Shown: one piece after another, positions 1 through 10,546 of the stretch
How positions within the stretch are numbered: position 1 is the stretch's first letter
Layout of the letters: every line of letters starts with the position of its first letter
IMG/VR virus record: IMGVR_UViG_3300027804_000039
Location: 96,001 to 160,000 of that record
DNA from: a virus
Reading direction: 5' to 3' (one strand)
Length of the DNA: 64,000 nt
Position numbers and translations under genes: made by a program
Notes under the pieces: model-generated
Seen by the model: only the letters and a program-made list of their open reading frames with translations
What the model was told of the DNA's origin: nothing
Database searches by the model: none

Positions 1-249
1 TTTTTCATTGGCTACTACCTTAGGATCGTTGTGTCCTATCTTAGTTACCAAACTTTTACGAATCATACCCTCGATTGTGAATTGATCGTGTTCACCCAAC
101 GAGCTGAGTTTAACTGGAGTTTTTAATCTTTTAAGCAACTTTGCTTCTTCGTTGGTTGTGTAGATTTGAAAGCTGCTGATCATCTCGGCCATGTTATCGC
201 GAGATTTGCCAACTGGGCTAGAATATCCTAATAGTTCGTGTATTTTCAT
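1..249 (-). CDS. hypothetical protein, runs off left edge
   Basis: Hand-translated, not in ORF track: ATG 249, MKIHELLGYSSPVGK..., open to position 1. Confidence 0.75.
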   Translation of the reverse strand, partial: MKIHELLGYSSPVGKSRDNMAEMISSFQIYTTNEEAKLLKRLKTPVKLSSLGEHDQFTIEGMIRKSLVTKIGHNDPKVVANEK

Positions 250-806
250 AGCCCGCTTAACTTTCGAATATCCGCCAAGGACTCTGCTACTTTAACATCC
301 ATGCCTGGAATTATCTTTGGCATTTGCATTTGTAGTGTGTTGCCCGTACCTGGTGTTAACTGTGTTGCAGTTACAGTTTTTACTCCCGTTGGCGTTGCAA
401 TATCTACTGAACCATCGGGTTTGACCTGCGAAACTTTGCCTACCATTTGTCCTGGCATTTCTTCTTGTACTGATTTTCCAGAATATTTTTGAACTAACAT
501 TTTATATTGTTGCATTACTGCAGCGTTGTGCTTTTGTGCGTCTGGCAAAATACCGCGAACTAGCGATAGTTTCTTTGCTTGAAGCTCTGCTGCAAACTGT
601 GGATTAGATTGTTTCAATGCATTTACTTGTGCCATTATCGCCGCATCTTCTGGAGCTTCGTTAATTTTAACAGGCTTCAACTTAGCATCGTTCTTGTCAG
701 GACCGTATAATGGAACTGGGCCTTGAGCTTTGGTAGTAGCTTTCTTATTATAGATGTGAGCTCTAACACCTTTCTTGTGTTCGCTTACGATTTGTTTAAC
801 TTTCAT
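246..806 (-). CDS. hypothetical, probable virion protein
   Basis: ORF track; likely start MKVKQIVSE at 806. Confidence 0.7.
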   Translation of the reverse strand: MKVKQIVSEHKKGVRAHIYNKKATTKAQGPVPLYGPDKNDAKLKPVKINEAPEDAAIMAQVNALKQSNPQFAAELQAKKLSLVRGILPDAQKHNAAVMQQYKMLVQKYSGKSVQEEMPGQMVGKVSQVKPDGSVDIATPTGVKTVTATQLTPGTGNTLQMQMPKIIPGMDVKVAESLADIRKLSGL

Positions 807-1497
807 TATGTTCTCCAATGCTAAGACTAGCACTTTCTAATTTATCTATATATTTACGCAATTTATCAATTTGGCCGCGGGCTCTTAGCAACTTAAATGC
901 TAGGTTTTCTACGCTGTGTTCGCCGCCTGCTTCTAGTCCAGCTTGACGTAATTTTCTAAGGCCAGCCATGGCTGATTTAGCAGTATCTAATTCGTCAGAC
1001 TTAAGAGCTTGATTGATCTTTGCTGAATAGTTTCGTGCTTTGCTTTTAACTTCTTGAGCTGTTGCTTTAGGTGCGCCTGGTTTGGGTTCGCTGATCCATT
1101 GGTCGTTTAGTATACTGTATATGCCTGATGAGTGATGTTTTTGTCGTGCATCCTGTACATATAATTCTACATCAATATCTTTGATTGTAATATTGTATCT
1201 AGAGTTATATACATTCTTTTTAGCATCGTACAGTTCAGCTTTTTCTGGAGTGTCAACTACAGCTACTAAGTGTAAGTCTAAGTCACTGCTGTCACTGTAG
1301 CCAAAGCTGGCGTTTGATCCGCTGATGGTTATATCCTTTAGGTTAAGTCTTTCAACGTTTAAATATTCAGCAAAGTGTTTGGCAATAATCAACAGTTGTC
1401 GTCTTACTTCAGGAATAAGACGATCATCCGCCCATAGCTTAGGGTTAAGCTGGTCGTTGTGCGTGATTGGATCTGGGGATAGCTCTTGAACTTTCAT
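796..1497 (-). CDS. Pol-beta superfamily nucleotidyltransferase
   Basis: GS...DxD motif (SGSNASFGYSDSSDLDLHLV) plus DVELYVQD. Confidence 0.75.
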   Translation of the reverse strand: MKVQELSPDPITHNDQLNPKLWADDRLIPEVRRQLLIIAKHFAEYLNVERLNLKDITISGSNASFGYSDSSDLDLHLVAVVDTPEKAELYDAKKNVYNSRYNITIKDIDVELYVQDARQKHHSSGIYSILNDQWISEPKPGAPKATAQEVKSKARNYSAKINQALKSDELDTAKSAMAGLRKLRQAGLEAGGEHSVENLAFKLLRARGQIDKLRKYIDKLESASLSIGEHNES

Positions 1498-1513
1498 TCT
1501 GTATTTAACAGAA

Positions 1514-1915
1514 TTAGAGTCCTAAGAACTTAAGAATGTGTGGAAAGTTTACTGCGTTTAGCCAACCAGTGCCAGCTGCAAAAGCAAGAGCAACCATAGC
1601 GTACATAGTCCACTTGTTTTTAACTTTTTCTAGTTCGTTAATTTTACTAGCAAGAGCGTTGTGTTGCTCTGTTTGTTCAAGGTTTAGCTTATCGGCGTGT
1701 GCATAAAACTGAGTTCTGCTCGATCTATACTCATCTAGCATACTATCTAGTTTTAGATCTAGTTGATCTCTAGTACGATCTAAACAGTCGTGCATGTCTT
1801 TAACATCAGTTTTAAGATCGACTAACTTGTCGTTAATATTTTCAACTTTTGTTTCTAGTACGCTTACACGTTCAGGTAGCGTAGCCAGTTGTGCAACTGC
1901 TTCTTTTGTGGCCAT
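1514..1915 (-). CDS. coiled-coil protein with C-terminal TM segment
   Basis: Heptad-rich N-terminus, hydrophobic WTMYAMVALAFAAGTGWL. Confidence 0.7.
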   Translation of the reverse strand: MATKEAVAQLATLPERVSVLETKVENINDKLVDLKTDVKDMHDCLDRTRDQLDLKLDSMLDEYRSSRTQFYAHADKLNLEQTEQHNALASKINELEKVKNKWTMYAMVALAFAAGTGWLNAVNFPHILKFLGL

Positions 1916-2006
1916 CGTCGGCGGTTCCTTTAATTAATGTGTCCAAATACGGTATTTGGTGTATGATTAATTTGCCTGAATTGATGTGCCTTTACAGATA
2001 TATTTA

Positions 2007-2408
2007 TTATTTTTTTACAAAGATTATGTTTCGAGCAACACCGTCTGTAACAAATACGTTGTAGTTTTGTTCCATGCATTCATCTAAGCCGCTAATATAT
2101 GGAATTCCTTCAAAGTCTTCTATCATTAGGCCAATAGGATTGTTATCTTTTTCAAATAAAAATTCTCGTTCGGTATTAAAATCAAAGCGCCAAACACGGA
2201 CGATTTCATCTGTATTAAATCCTACTAGACTTCCTCGCATCTCACTAACTACTGGTTTTTCTGTAAAGCTAACATTAGCTCTAATACCCAGTGTTTGCAG
2301 TATAGTTTGAAAGTTTTGTTCTTTCCAACGTAAGTGTTCTTTGCCTGGCTCAGTACGGTACTGACCGGTGTTGGTAATGTCAACTGTGGTATAGAGTTTA
2401 TATTGCAT
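2007..2408 (-). CDS. hypothetical protein
   Basis: 133 aa ORF, TAAATA 5 nt upstream of ATG. Confidence 0.75.
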   Translation of the reverse strand: MQYKLYTTVDITNTGQYRTEPGKEHLRWKEQNFQTILQTLGIRANVSFTEKPVVSEMRGSLVGFNTDEIVRVWRFDFNTEREFLFEKDNNPIGLMIEDFEGIPYISGLDECMEQNYNVFVTDGVARNIIFVKK

Positions 2409-2427
2409 GGCTATATTTAACAGCCAT

Positions 2428-2453
2428 AAAAAAAGGCCTAGTTAAACTAGGCC
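2428..2453 (-). terminator. intrinsic terminator
   Basis: GGCCTAGT/ACTAGGCC stem followed by T run on minus strand. Confidence 0.75.
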
Positions 2454-2478
2454 CTTCCTTCCCATCCCTAGGAATTAA

Positions 2479-2880
2479 TTAAGCACGAGCTGCTACGAAA
2501 CCTGCTGGCTTAGTAACTGTTGCTGCTGTACCGCCATTACCTGCTGCGATTGCTGTTTCTAGAACACCGTAACCACCGTTACCTGCTGCACCGCCAGTTG
2601 TACCTTGAGCGGCTGTGTCGCCGTCCCATTGTGTATCTGTTGCGATGATTGCGTGGAAGTAATCAGTTGAGTCATCAATTGGTGTGAAAACTGCGTATAC
2701 TTCGGCTGTTTGTTGTAAAGCACGAACTGACTTGCTGAACAAGCTGTTTGCGTCTGCGTAGCTGACATAAACACCGTCGATAGCTACTTTGATAACTTCT
2801 AAGTGACGTGTGCCAAATTGGCTTGATGGAGCAGCTTTTAAATAATTGGCTGCTACTGTTTCTCCGACTAATGATGGCAT
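2479..2880 (-). CDS. probable virion structural protein, paralog of 12917-13366
   Basis: Ala/Gly/Thr-rich; shares PSSxxGT and AxQQxxEVY; GGAGA RBS. Confidence 0.65.
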   Translation of the reverse strand: MPSLVGETVAANYLKAAPSSQFGTRHLEVIKVAIDGVYVSYADANSLFSKSVRALQQTAEVYAVFTPIDDSTDYFHAIIATDTQWDGDTAAQGTTGGAAGNGGYGVLETAIAAGNGGTAATVTKPAGFVAARA

Positions 2881-2965
2881 AATAATTCTCCTCTAATATG
2901 CGTTTCATAACTCACTACTCTGTGAGCTTTGTATATGTATTTAGTTCGGTTAGAAAAAAATGGGC

Positions 2966-3751
2966 TTATACGCCTATTTTCTTATAGATGTTTTTGAACC
3001 AGTCTAGACTGTTTTCTTGTACTGGCGCACGGCCTTTTTCAACCCAGTTCTTGTCTTGTTGTACATGGGCCAATAATGCTTGAGCTTGATCTGATGGCAG
3101 GCTCTTCATAATAGCTTCAACGCTTCCTAAGTTTTCACCGGTTGCTTTAGGACCCAATAACACCTTCGCTATGTCGTCCCAGTCATCCGCAACTAACTCG
3201 CCTTTTTTGTTTTCAGGAGTACGGGCATACAATCCTTCCCATGCACTATAAACATAACCTTTTTGTTTTGCTAGACTAGCAATCATAAGTTGTTTGCTTA
3301 CGCCTTTGTATGGGCTACCGCGTGGGATTCTATGTTGGTGGTAACGCTGAACTTTACCTACTTTACGAATACACTCTAAGTCTACTTGGTGTGCATTAGG
3401 ACCATATGGTAAACGAACAAATACATTTACTCCTGCTTGGCTTGTTTGCAACCCTAACTGCTGTATAGCATCTGACAATGCTCTGCGAGCTGCTTTTTCA
3501 ACAGTATCTTTTTTATCTGCTGGATTTGGTTCTACATTGAGCTTCTGTATAATATCGTCTAAATCGACCATGTTGTCTAAATCACTGGCCATCTCTTCTG
3601 GGTCACGATCTGGATCGCTAGTTGAACCTACAGGCACACATTCTAAACCTAGCTTGGCTAGGTATTTGTTCATTTTATCTCTAAGCTCGTCCGCATACTT
3701 CTTTTGAAAAGGAACGGTATCTGGGAATATCTTACTGCCCTTTTCAGCCAT
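2966..3751 (-). CDS. putative nucleotidyltransferase-fold protein
   Basis: VGSTS...SDLDNMVD resembles GS/DxD; likely start MAEKGS at 3751. Confidence 0.55.
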   Translation of the reverse strand: MAEKGSKIFPDTVPFQKKYADELRDKMNKYLAKLGLECVPVGSTSDPDRDPEEMASDLDNMVDLDDIIQKLNVEPNPADKKDTVEKAARRALSDAIQQLGLQTSQAGVNVFVRLPYGPNAHQVDLECIRKVGKVQRYHQHRIPRGSPYKGVSKQLMIASLAKQKGYVYSAWEGLYARTPENKKGELVADDWDDIAKVLLGPKATGENLGSVEAIMKSLPSDQAQALLAHVQQDKNWVEKGRAPVQENSLDWFKNIYKKIGV

Positions 3752-4001
3752 TGTCTTTACCTTCTTGAATACGCTTGATGCCGCGTTTGAATTTTGTAGC
3801 ATCTCCTGCTTTGATACTGTTGATAAAGCGACGCTCTAGCTCTGCGGCTGTTTCTATATCGTAGTTTTCTTTAATCAAAGTCAGTAAATTGATCGCACTT
3901 TGAATCAAGTTCGACCCCCTGCTTTCTATAACTAAATCGGTATCTCTGCTGATACCTAAGTCCGAAAGTTCTTGTAATATTGATCTAGTACTCTTACGCA
4001 T
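3744..4001 (-). CDS. hypothetical protein
   Basis: ORF track; start MRKSTRS; TAAATA at 4021-4026. Confidence 0.7.
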   Translation of the reverse strand: MRKSTRSILQELSDLGISRDTDLVIESRGSNLIQSAINLLTLIKENYDIETAAELERRFINSIKAGDATKFKRGIKRIQEGKDNG

Positions 4002-4131
4002 AATTGTTATTTTCCACATGTATTTATGGCATATTACAATATTGTTTTAATAAAATCAAGTCCTAGCTTGGTCGGTATAAATACTCAGTAGAAACCATGA
4101 GTTGCTACACACACTTACAGAGGAAAGTAAA

Positions 4132-4314
4132 ATGCAAACCCTATCAAGGAACATGCTAGCCATTTTAGAGCGACTAGCAGAGATGTTCCCATCAAGCTCT
4201 TATCAAACTCGCTTAGACGAATATCTACGCACCAAAGGCATTACCGATGCCGCACAGTTAGAAAGCTATATCCAGCAGTTCAACTACAATTCTCACAAGG
4301 AAAATTTAATATGA
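4132..4314 (+). CDS. small protein resembling DUF3563-type proteins
   Basis: GAGGAA RBS; LERLAEMF...RLDEYL...DAAQLE pattern, family call from memory. Confidence 0.5.
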   Translation: MQTLSRNMLAILERLAEMFPSSSYQTRLDEYLRTKGITDAAQLESYIQQFNYNSHKENLI

Positions 4315-4433
4315 AATCATTTATCACTAGTTTTTTCTCTTTTTTTGAAGGCATTGGAAAAGCCAAAGCCGCAGCAACATTCGCTCGCATGGGCAGACAT
4401 GACTTAGCTAAAGAAATAATGCTTAGAGATTAA
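4311..4433 (+). CDS. 40 aa hypothetical peptide
   Basis: Hand-translated MKSFITSFFSFFEGIGKAKAAATFARMGRHDLAKEIMLRD; ATGA overlap with upstream stop. Confidence 0.65.
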   Translation: MKSFITSFFSFFEGIGKAKAAATFARMGRHDLAKEIMLRD

Positions 4434-4518
4434 TTGGCAACATTAAACCATGTTAACTCTTGATTTTTATCCTTTAGGGATATATAATAACACATACACT
4501 AACACACAAGGAGAAGTT

Positions 4519-4740
4519 ATGTTTTCACCACACTTTTATATCGACTCATTCCAGTCAACTAAGAAGATCATTACTGATCAGATTTTTAAAGATCCTGCTT
4601 TAAACAAAGCAGCACACGCATATATTGATGCACAAACACAATTTGCCAAAATGGCAGTTAATAACACCATTGATATGGCTAAGTATTCCGTAGATTCAGT
4701 ATCCAAAGTATTGTTTCCGCAGAAGGAAGGTACCGCCTAA
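4519..4740 (+). CDS. phasin-like amphipathic helical protein
   Basis: AAGGAGAA RBS; AAHAYIDAQTQFAKMAV amphipathic pattern. Confidence 0.5.
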   Translation: MFSPHFYIDSFQSTKKIITDQIFKDPALNKAAHAYIDAQTQFAKMAVNNTIDMAKYSVDSVSKVLFPQKEGTA

Positions 4741-4773
4741 GGTACAAGACATACACACACAAAGGAGAATATT

Positions 4774-5043
4774 ATGTCACAATTTGAAACACCAAAACTA
4801 CCAGAAGTTAAATTTAATAAAAACGGCTACGAAATCCGTGCAGACATTCTAGCACTTGCCAAGGATCATGTTAACAACGAATTCCAAGTTAAGTTTGCAG
4901 GTTGGCAACTATCTGCCGCTAAAGACGAAAAGACTGGACAACTTGTTAGCACAGTATCAATGCCTGAATATCCAGGAATGGACAAGGTATTGGAAGCTGC
5001 TGAAAAAATGTACTCATTTGTTAATGCCGGCGCTAAGAAGTAA
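4774..5043 (+). CDS. hypothetical protein
   Basis: AAAGGAGAA RBS, 89 aa ORF. Confidence 0.75.
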   Translation: MSQFETPKLPEVKFNKNGYEIRADILALAKDHVNNEFQVKFAGWQLSAAKDEKTGQLVSTVSMPEYPGMDKVLEAAEKMYSFVNAGAKK

Positions 5044-5140
5044 TATTGATATTAATACCTAAAAGGTTTATTATCGCCCATTGGGCATGAGTAGATTGAT
5101 ACTATAAAAATAAGAAAAGCACCTTAGGGTGCTTTTTCTT

Positions 5141-5545
5141 TTATGTGATTGACTGTTTGTCAAACAAGTCAGGATGCTTTTTGCCCCAGTTACGCATAAT
5201 GACAGCCGCTTCAGCATTGGCTTCATTTTCTTGTGGACTACCTGTTGCACCTGGATCGTCACCGTCCAGTTCGTGATTTAGATCTTGTTTGTAATGGACA
5301 AGTTCATGTGCCAATGTACGGCACACATCCATAATATGGCGATTGACTACTGTGATATTAATGTGCTCACTACCATATCCGCCAAAGCTGTGATGTTCTA
5401 CACTACGACTTGTGTCAAACTTAAAATCAAACTTAGGGAGGCTGTCTAGCTCTAAATGCTCTGCGGCAAACTTAATGAAGTCAAGTAGAACTGTGTAAGT
5501 GTCCTTACGTGTCATTCCTTCAGTTAGTATTTCTTTGACTTTCAT
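5141..5545 (-). CDS. zincin-like metallopeptidase
   Basis: RTLAHELVHYKQ (HExxH) and downstream ENEAN. Confidence 0.75.
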   Translation of the reverse strand: MKVKEILTEGMTRKDTYTVLLDFIKFAAEHLELDSLPKFDFKFDTSRSVEHHSFGGYGSEHINITVVNRHIMDVCRTLAHELVHYKQDLNHELDGDDPGATGSPQENEANAEAAVIMRNWGKKHPDLFDKQSIT

Positions 5546-6186
5546 TTCTTCTTTTTACCTTGACAATGAGCACGTTGACTAAACCCTTTTGGATTACTAC
5601 AGTTAATGCTGTTCTTATATTTCTTGCTCCATGCTTCAGTTAATTCTTGCGGAGCAAAACCAATGTAACTGTCACCGTTCTCGTCTCCGGCCTGCACAAC
5701 AAATGCACCGCCTTCTTCTGATTCTAACTCGCCAATTTCCCAACCCATACGGGCTAAGATTTTTTCAACTTGCTCTTGTACACGTTCATTACCAGTGTAC
5801 CACATACGGGCATACTTACGTAGACTATCTTCTTCGCTGTCTCCGCCGTCGCTAGGAGCAAACTCACTAATGTTTTTATCAATGCCTCTACTAGCAACTC
5901 CGCCTTTCTTACGTTTTGCGGCTAGTTCACTGATGCCGTGACGAATCTGTTCTAAGTTTTGCTCAAGGCCCATGAACAACCCACCCTTGGCATCACGACA
6001 AATACTTTGCCATACTGCCAAATCGTTTGATTCTGCACGTTCCGCTAGATCTTTTAACTGAGCACGAGCCTGCATAATGCGTCCTTTAAGACTCATTGGG
6101 TTGGCTTTAGCATGTCCGTAGATCATAGGATCATTAGGGTCGCCGGTGGGTTCTAAAGGAGTTTCTAACAGTTGATGCATTTTCAT
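5542..6186 (-). CDS. modular hypothetical protein, possible head-internal protein
   Basis: Acidic modules plus basic Cys-containing tail AWSKKYKNSINCSNPKGFSQRAHC. Confidence 0.65.
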   Translation of the reverse strand: MKMHQLLETPLEPTGDPNDPMIYGHAKANPMSLKGRIMQARAQLKDLAERAESNDLAVWQSICRDAKGGLFMGLEQNLEQIRHGISELAAKRKKGGVASRGIDKNISEFAPSDGGDSEEDSLRKYARMWYTGNERVQEQVEKILARMGWEIGELESEEGGAFVVQAGDENGDSYIGFAPQELTEAWSKKYKNSINCSNPKGFSQRAHCQGKKKK

Positions 6187-6201
6187 AATAATACTTATCT
6201 T

Positions 6202-8046
6202 TTAATAAATCTCACGCCATTGTATAGCACAGGCTACATCTGCGGTTAACTGATTGCCGGCAAATATAGTGCTGACAATAACTACAAACACTTCACTGCT
6301 GGTACTGTCGATATTTTGGCTGATAATATTTTTCTTTGCCGCAGTAAGCGGACCTGTGGCCACTGGACTTAGACTGTTTTGGCTTGAACCGCTGGGTACA
6401 TATCCAGAAGCAAATCTATCAACATCAGCCGCAGTAAATCCTGTGGCATTGACGCAGTACTCAACTCCGCTGTTATCGTTGGCGCTAGTCCATACTAGTC
6501 CGCCAGGTGCTGTGGTACTTAGGCTAGCCACACTAGGCAGTTTAACAACTTCATAGACAATGGGTTCCGTTTTGGCAAACAAGCCAAGACTCAATGGACG
6601 CACACTTAATCTGTTAGGATAGCTTTGGAAAGTGTTTTTCAATCTAATAGCAATCAAAGGAAATCGTGTCTGTCCTGGAGTGGGAGTAGCACGGTTTGTA
6701 CTGTAGACACTCCAATCAATGCCCGACTCTACATATCCGCCTTCGCTCATCACTGAAGAACAGATCTGATCAAATGCTCCGCCGGGTGTTGTACCAGTAT
6801 TGCGTATTTCACAGCGTACAGGCAAGTTAGGATTGCTCATATAAACTGTGGGTAAGACATTGCTGTGATAGTATTCGTGTGCTGTTATCAATGCTCCGTT
6901 GTGAACGAATCCACAACGAACACGGCCCACGCCTAACCATTGAAAATCTATCCAGGCTAGATGTGTTTTGGTAATGTCTAATTTAAAACCACTTGGGCCT
7001 GTACCATCGCAAGGGTCTACGTTCCATTCACTCTGCGGCACACGGCGCTTGTATGTATAAGCCAACCCATTGACAGTTGTGTTGAATGTTGCTTCGCTGG
7101 GGCTACCGCCTACATAAGTTCTTATGACCCAGTTTAGTGTTTGTGTACTAGTGCTTACCGTTGTACCATCTGCTGTGTCACTGCCTACTTGTTCAAAGTA
7201 GATACCATCTCTATCATCAAAGTATCCTGTGCGTTTGGTAACATTGCGATGTGGAGCACGAAAGTTTACTGAACTATAGATCAGTTGACTCTTACCTGGT
7301 TGGTAGTGATGATAAAACTTAGTCTGATGTATGGCATAACTGCCTGTGTTAGAAGAAGTAGCCAACACGGCTGCGGCTTGATCCAAATTAAATGTCACTG
7401 TACCACCATTAGCAGTGCTGTCAAGAAAGTTTGGATCTATAGCGTAGATGTGCTTGTAGTCGCCAAGTGTAAACAGTTCGCTAACACGTTGACGACCAAA
7501 TGCGTCTGGGTTCATTTCAGCAACAGATACATCACCGGATATTGTAGCATTAATATTACCAGTTACTGTCCAAGGATTAGTGCCTTGATTAACTGTGATT
7601 GTTTCTAACGCGGTTAATGTTGTAGTACCTAATTCTACTGTGCCCGTTGTGTTAACAAATATACGATTAGTGTCGCTGTTGGCATTAGTGTCTTTGCTGA
7701 TGGCAAGATAGTCGTTGCTTATCTGTGCGAGCACACCATCCGCAATGTTACCACGCATACGGTCCCAAGTGCTTCCATTGAACACCATGTTGTGGTTTTC
7801 CGTAGGTAACACTACTGTTGGAGATGCTTCACCATCATTGACTGTTGAATCAAAGAACAGATCGTTAGTACCGTCCCACAGTTTAACTCTTTCTACAATG
7901 ACATCACCCTCGAGGCTGATACCGTCAACGTGTACACGCACCTGCGGTTGACCTGCGTTATTATACTGCATCGAATTGTGCAAGTCTAAAAGATTAGGCT
8001 CGTTAGGATGCTGGTAGTTGGTTGAATTAGGTTGTTGAACGCCCAT
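6202..8046 (-). CDS. virion structural protein (beta-rich, tail/baseplate-like)
   Basis: 614 aa, Thr/Gly/Asn-rich. Confidence 0.6.
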   Translation of the reverse strand: MGVQQPNSTNYQHPNEPNLLDLHNSMQYNNAGQPQVRVHVDGISLEGDVIVERVKLWDGTNDLFFDSTVNDGEASPTVVLPTENHNMVFNGSTWDRMRGNIADGVLAQISNDYLAISKDTNANSDTNRIFVNTTGTVELGTTTLTALETITVNQGTNPWTVTGNINATISGDVSVAEMNPDAFGRQRVSELFTLGDYKHIYAIDPNFLDSTANGGTVTFNLDQAAAVLATSSNTGSYAIHQTKFYHHYQPGKSQLIYSSVNFRAPHRNVTKRTGYFDDRDGIYFEQVGSDTADGTTVSTSTQTLNWVIRTYVGGSPSEATFNTTVNGLAYTYKRRVPQSEWNVDPCDGTGPSGFKLDITKTHLAWIDFQWLGVGRVRCGFVHNGALITAHEYYHSNVLPTVYMSNPNLPVRCEIRNTGTTPGGAFDQICSSVMSEGGYVESGIDWSVYSTNRATPTPGQTRFPLIAIRLKNTFQSYPNRLSVRPLSLGLFAKTEPIVYEVVKLPSVASLSTTAPGGLVWTSANDNSGVEYCVNATGFTAADVDRFASGYVPSGSSQNSLSPVATGPLTAAKKNIISQNIDSTSSEVFVVIVSTIFAGNQLTADVACAIQWREIY

Positions 8047-8048
8047 TG

Positions 8049-8729
8049 TTAGAACCCGCCAGTGGCAGTATTGTAATATAGTTTGCCGGCCCAGCTGGCA
8101 TTGCCACCACTGCCACTGTTCCAGTTCAATGCCATTTGCCCAACTCCAGGGTTGTTACCATATATTACACGCATTGGATAGTAAGTATCAGCTATTACTG
8201 TTTTAGTAAAACTGAACGAAGCGCCAACAGTAGCTAGGTCTGCTTTGCCGTCTGCGTTAGCCCAAGTGTATCCAGTTAATGCTGTTGGACCAATCCAAAC
8301 AGCACAACTGTCATCAATACCCGAAGTGTAAATAGTCCAAGTGCCTGTAGTGTTTGGCTTAAAATAGCCTGTCCACATATAACTTGTTTGTGATGTTCCT
8401 GCAAAGGCAAACCCGTTAGTGGCCGTGCCTGCTGTTGCTGTTTTTCCATCAAACCAAGTAGGATCTATTGCCCAATAACCTGTATAAGTTCTGCGATATA
8501 ATCCTGCGCCGTCTACTGTTGGTGCAACTGTCCACGGACGACCAACAACTAGTCCCCCTACGTTTGGATTATCAATAATGCCGTTGTCGTCATACTGTGT
8601 AGGCAACTGTGTAATATCGTAGTAGACCCTAGTCTCACCATCAGCAAATCTATCTTGTTGAGCTAACGCTAGTTTAGCTTTTTGTCTTAATTCTTTTGTT
8701 GCAAGAGTACTAATTCCATTTGCTGACAT
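8049..8729 (-). CDS. PA14-like domain virion protein
   Basis: WTGYFKP...GIDDSCAVWIG...YYPMRVIY pattern. Confidence 0.65.
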   Translation of the reverse strand: MSANGISTLATKELRQKAKLALAQQDRFADGETRVYYDITQLPTQYDDNGIIDNPNVGGLVVGRPWTVAPTVDGAGLYRRTYTGYWAIDPTWFDGKTATAGTATNGFAFAGTSQTSYMWTGYFKPNTTGTWTIYTSGIDDSCAVWIGPTALTGYTWANADGKADLATVGASFSFTKTVIADTYYPMRVIYGNNPGVGQMALNWNSGSGGNASWAGKLYYNTATGGF

Positions 8730-8730
8730 A

Positions 8731-9093
8731 TTACTCTCCTATCTGGTGTTGATGACCAGGATACATACTTGGGTGTTGTACACGAATGTCTGCTGGATGT
8801 TTAGGTGCTTGCATTCCGCCGCCTGCATCACAGGTTACACTATCAATACTGGCATATTTTTCTTTTGGTGTGTTGCCGTAAGGTTCAACACCATCATTGT
8901 CTGCTAGGTCCACAATCTGTTTAAATCTGCGGATATCGTCTCCTGCGTGAGTTAACGGACTAGCATCTTCTGGTTCGTCTATTGTTGCTGTAGGATGCGC
9001 TACAATAACTGTAGTCACTTGCTCTGGTTCTGGCGGACGTTCTTGTTGGTCCACCATGTTAATAAAACTGCGTATGATATCCTGAATTCTCAT
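8731..9093 (-). CDS. hypothetical protein
   Basis: 120 aa ORF, TAAATA at 9113-9118. Confidence 0.7.
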   Translation of the reverse strand: MRIQDIIRSFINMVDQQERPPEPEQVTTVIVAHPTATIDEPEDASPLTHAGDDIRRFKQIVDLADNDGVEPYGNTPKEKYASIDSVTCDAGGGMQAPKHPADIRVQHPSMYPGHQHQIGE

Positions 9094-9135
9094 GATTTTT
9101 TCCTGTATCCAGTATTTAGTGTTAAATACGTCACT

Positions 9136-10338
9136 ATGATAAACAAAGAACCTTTTGAAAAACTAATTTCAGATCTTAAAGAATCGGGCAAATATCGTGT
9201 GTTTAATGATATTGTGCGCGAAAACGGCAAATTCCCACAGGCTATTTGGTACGGTCCCTACAATATTAAGAACATTGTAAACTGGTGTAGTAACGATTAC
9301 TTGGGCATGGGCCAGCATAAAGTTGTGCTAGATGCCATGCACACCGCATTGGACCACACAGGCAGTGGATCTGGTGGTACACGTAATATTGGCGGAACCA
9401 GTCACTATCATGTGGCACTAGAACATGAACTCGCTCTGTTACACAAAAAAGAAAAAGCAATACTATTTTCAAGTGCCTATGTAGCTAACGAATGGACACT
9501 GATTGCCTTAGCTAAGATTATTCCTAATATTGAATACATCAGCGATGAGAACAATCACAACAGTATCATTGTTGGTATTAGTCATAGCAAAGCACCCAAA
9601 GTTGTCTTTAAACACAACGACTTAGAAGATCTAGAACAAAAACTTAAAATTAGTTTTGCCAAAGGCAATACACCATGTGTTGTATTTGAAAGTGTGTACA
9701 GTATGGATGGCGATGTTGGACACATTAAAGAAATTGCTAAGTTAGCAGAGAAGTATAAAGCCATAACTTACATTGATGAAGTGCATGCCGTAGGACTTTA
9801 CGGTGAGACAGGTGCAGGTAAAGTTGAAGAACTTAGAGCAGAGAGTAAGATTGATATTATTAACGGTACACTAGGTAAAGCCTATGGAGTACAGGGCGGC
9901 TATATTGCCTGCGATAAAATTGTAGGCGATGCTATTCGTAGTGTTGCCGCTGGATTTATCTTTACAACATCAATGAGTCCAGTTACCTGTGCAGGTGCAT
10001 TAGCAGCCATCAAATGGTTAAAGGCTCATCCAGAAGTACGCGAAAAGCATCAGGAACGTGCTCGTAAGTTAAAGCACAGATTAAAGGCAGCAGGTATTCC
10101 TGTGATGGATTGCAGTACCAGTCACATTGTTCCTGTGCTAGTAGGCGATGCTAAGAAAGCCAAAGCTATGAGTGATTACTTGCTTAATGAACATGGAATC
10201 TATGTTCAGGCTATCAACTATCCTACAGTAGATGTAGGAACGGAGCGGTTGCGATTTGCACCTACTCCGTTTCACGATGATGGAATGATAGAGGATCTAG
10301 TAAATGCTCTTAAACAAGCATTTGAGCAATTTGAGTAA
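9136..10338 (+). CDS. hemA: 5-aminolevulinate synthase (PLP-dependent, C4 pathway)
   Basis: [40 protein letters not shown] motifs; likely start 9136. Confidence 0.9.
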   Translation: MINKEPFEKLISDLKESGKYRVFNDIVRENGKFPQAIWYGPYNIKNIVNWCSNDYLGMGQHKVVLDAMHTALDHTGSGSGGTRNIGGTSHYHVALEHELALLHKKEKAILFSSAYVANEWTLIALAKIIPNIEYISDENNHNSIIVGISHSKAPKVVFKHNDLEDLEQKLKISFAKGNTPCVVFESVYSMDGDVGHIKEIAKLAEKYKAITYIDEVHAVGLYGETGAGKVEELRAESKIDIINGTLGKAYGVQGGYIACDKIVGDAIRSVAAGFIFTTSMSPVTCAGALAAIKWLKAHPEVREKHQERARKLKHRLKAAGIPVMDCSTSHIVPVLVGDAKKAKAMSDYLLNEHGIYVQAINYPTVDVGTERLRFAPTPFHDDGMIEDLVNALKQAFEQFE

Positions 10339-10546
10339 CACCAAATACCAGCATTGAACGAGCTTCGGCGTTAGTTGCTTCTTCGTTTAACTTATCTGTA
10401 TTAACTAAATCTTCCAATAATGCACGAGCTTCGTCTGCACTAATCTCGCCATTGCGGTTTGCTTCAGCAATTTGTAGTGCCATTTGAGCACGAGTCTCTG
10501 CCCAAGGTAAACCACATCCTGCTAACTGAAATAAACTATCTGACAT
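10310..10546 (-). CDS. hypothetical protein
   Basis: 78 aa ORF abutting the lipoprotein gene. Confidence 0.65.
   Translation of the reverse strand: MSDSLFQLAGCGLPWAETRAQMALQIAEANRNGEISADEARALLEDLVNTDKLNEEATNAEARSMLVFGVTQIAQMLV

Noticed and set aside
8995-9135. 47 aa N-terminal extension of hemA in the ORF track
   Set aside because: Overlaps the divergent gene and its promoter; ATG 9136 follows TAAATA and fits the enzyme start.
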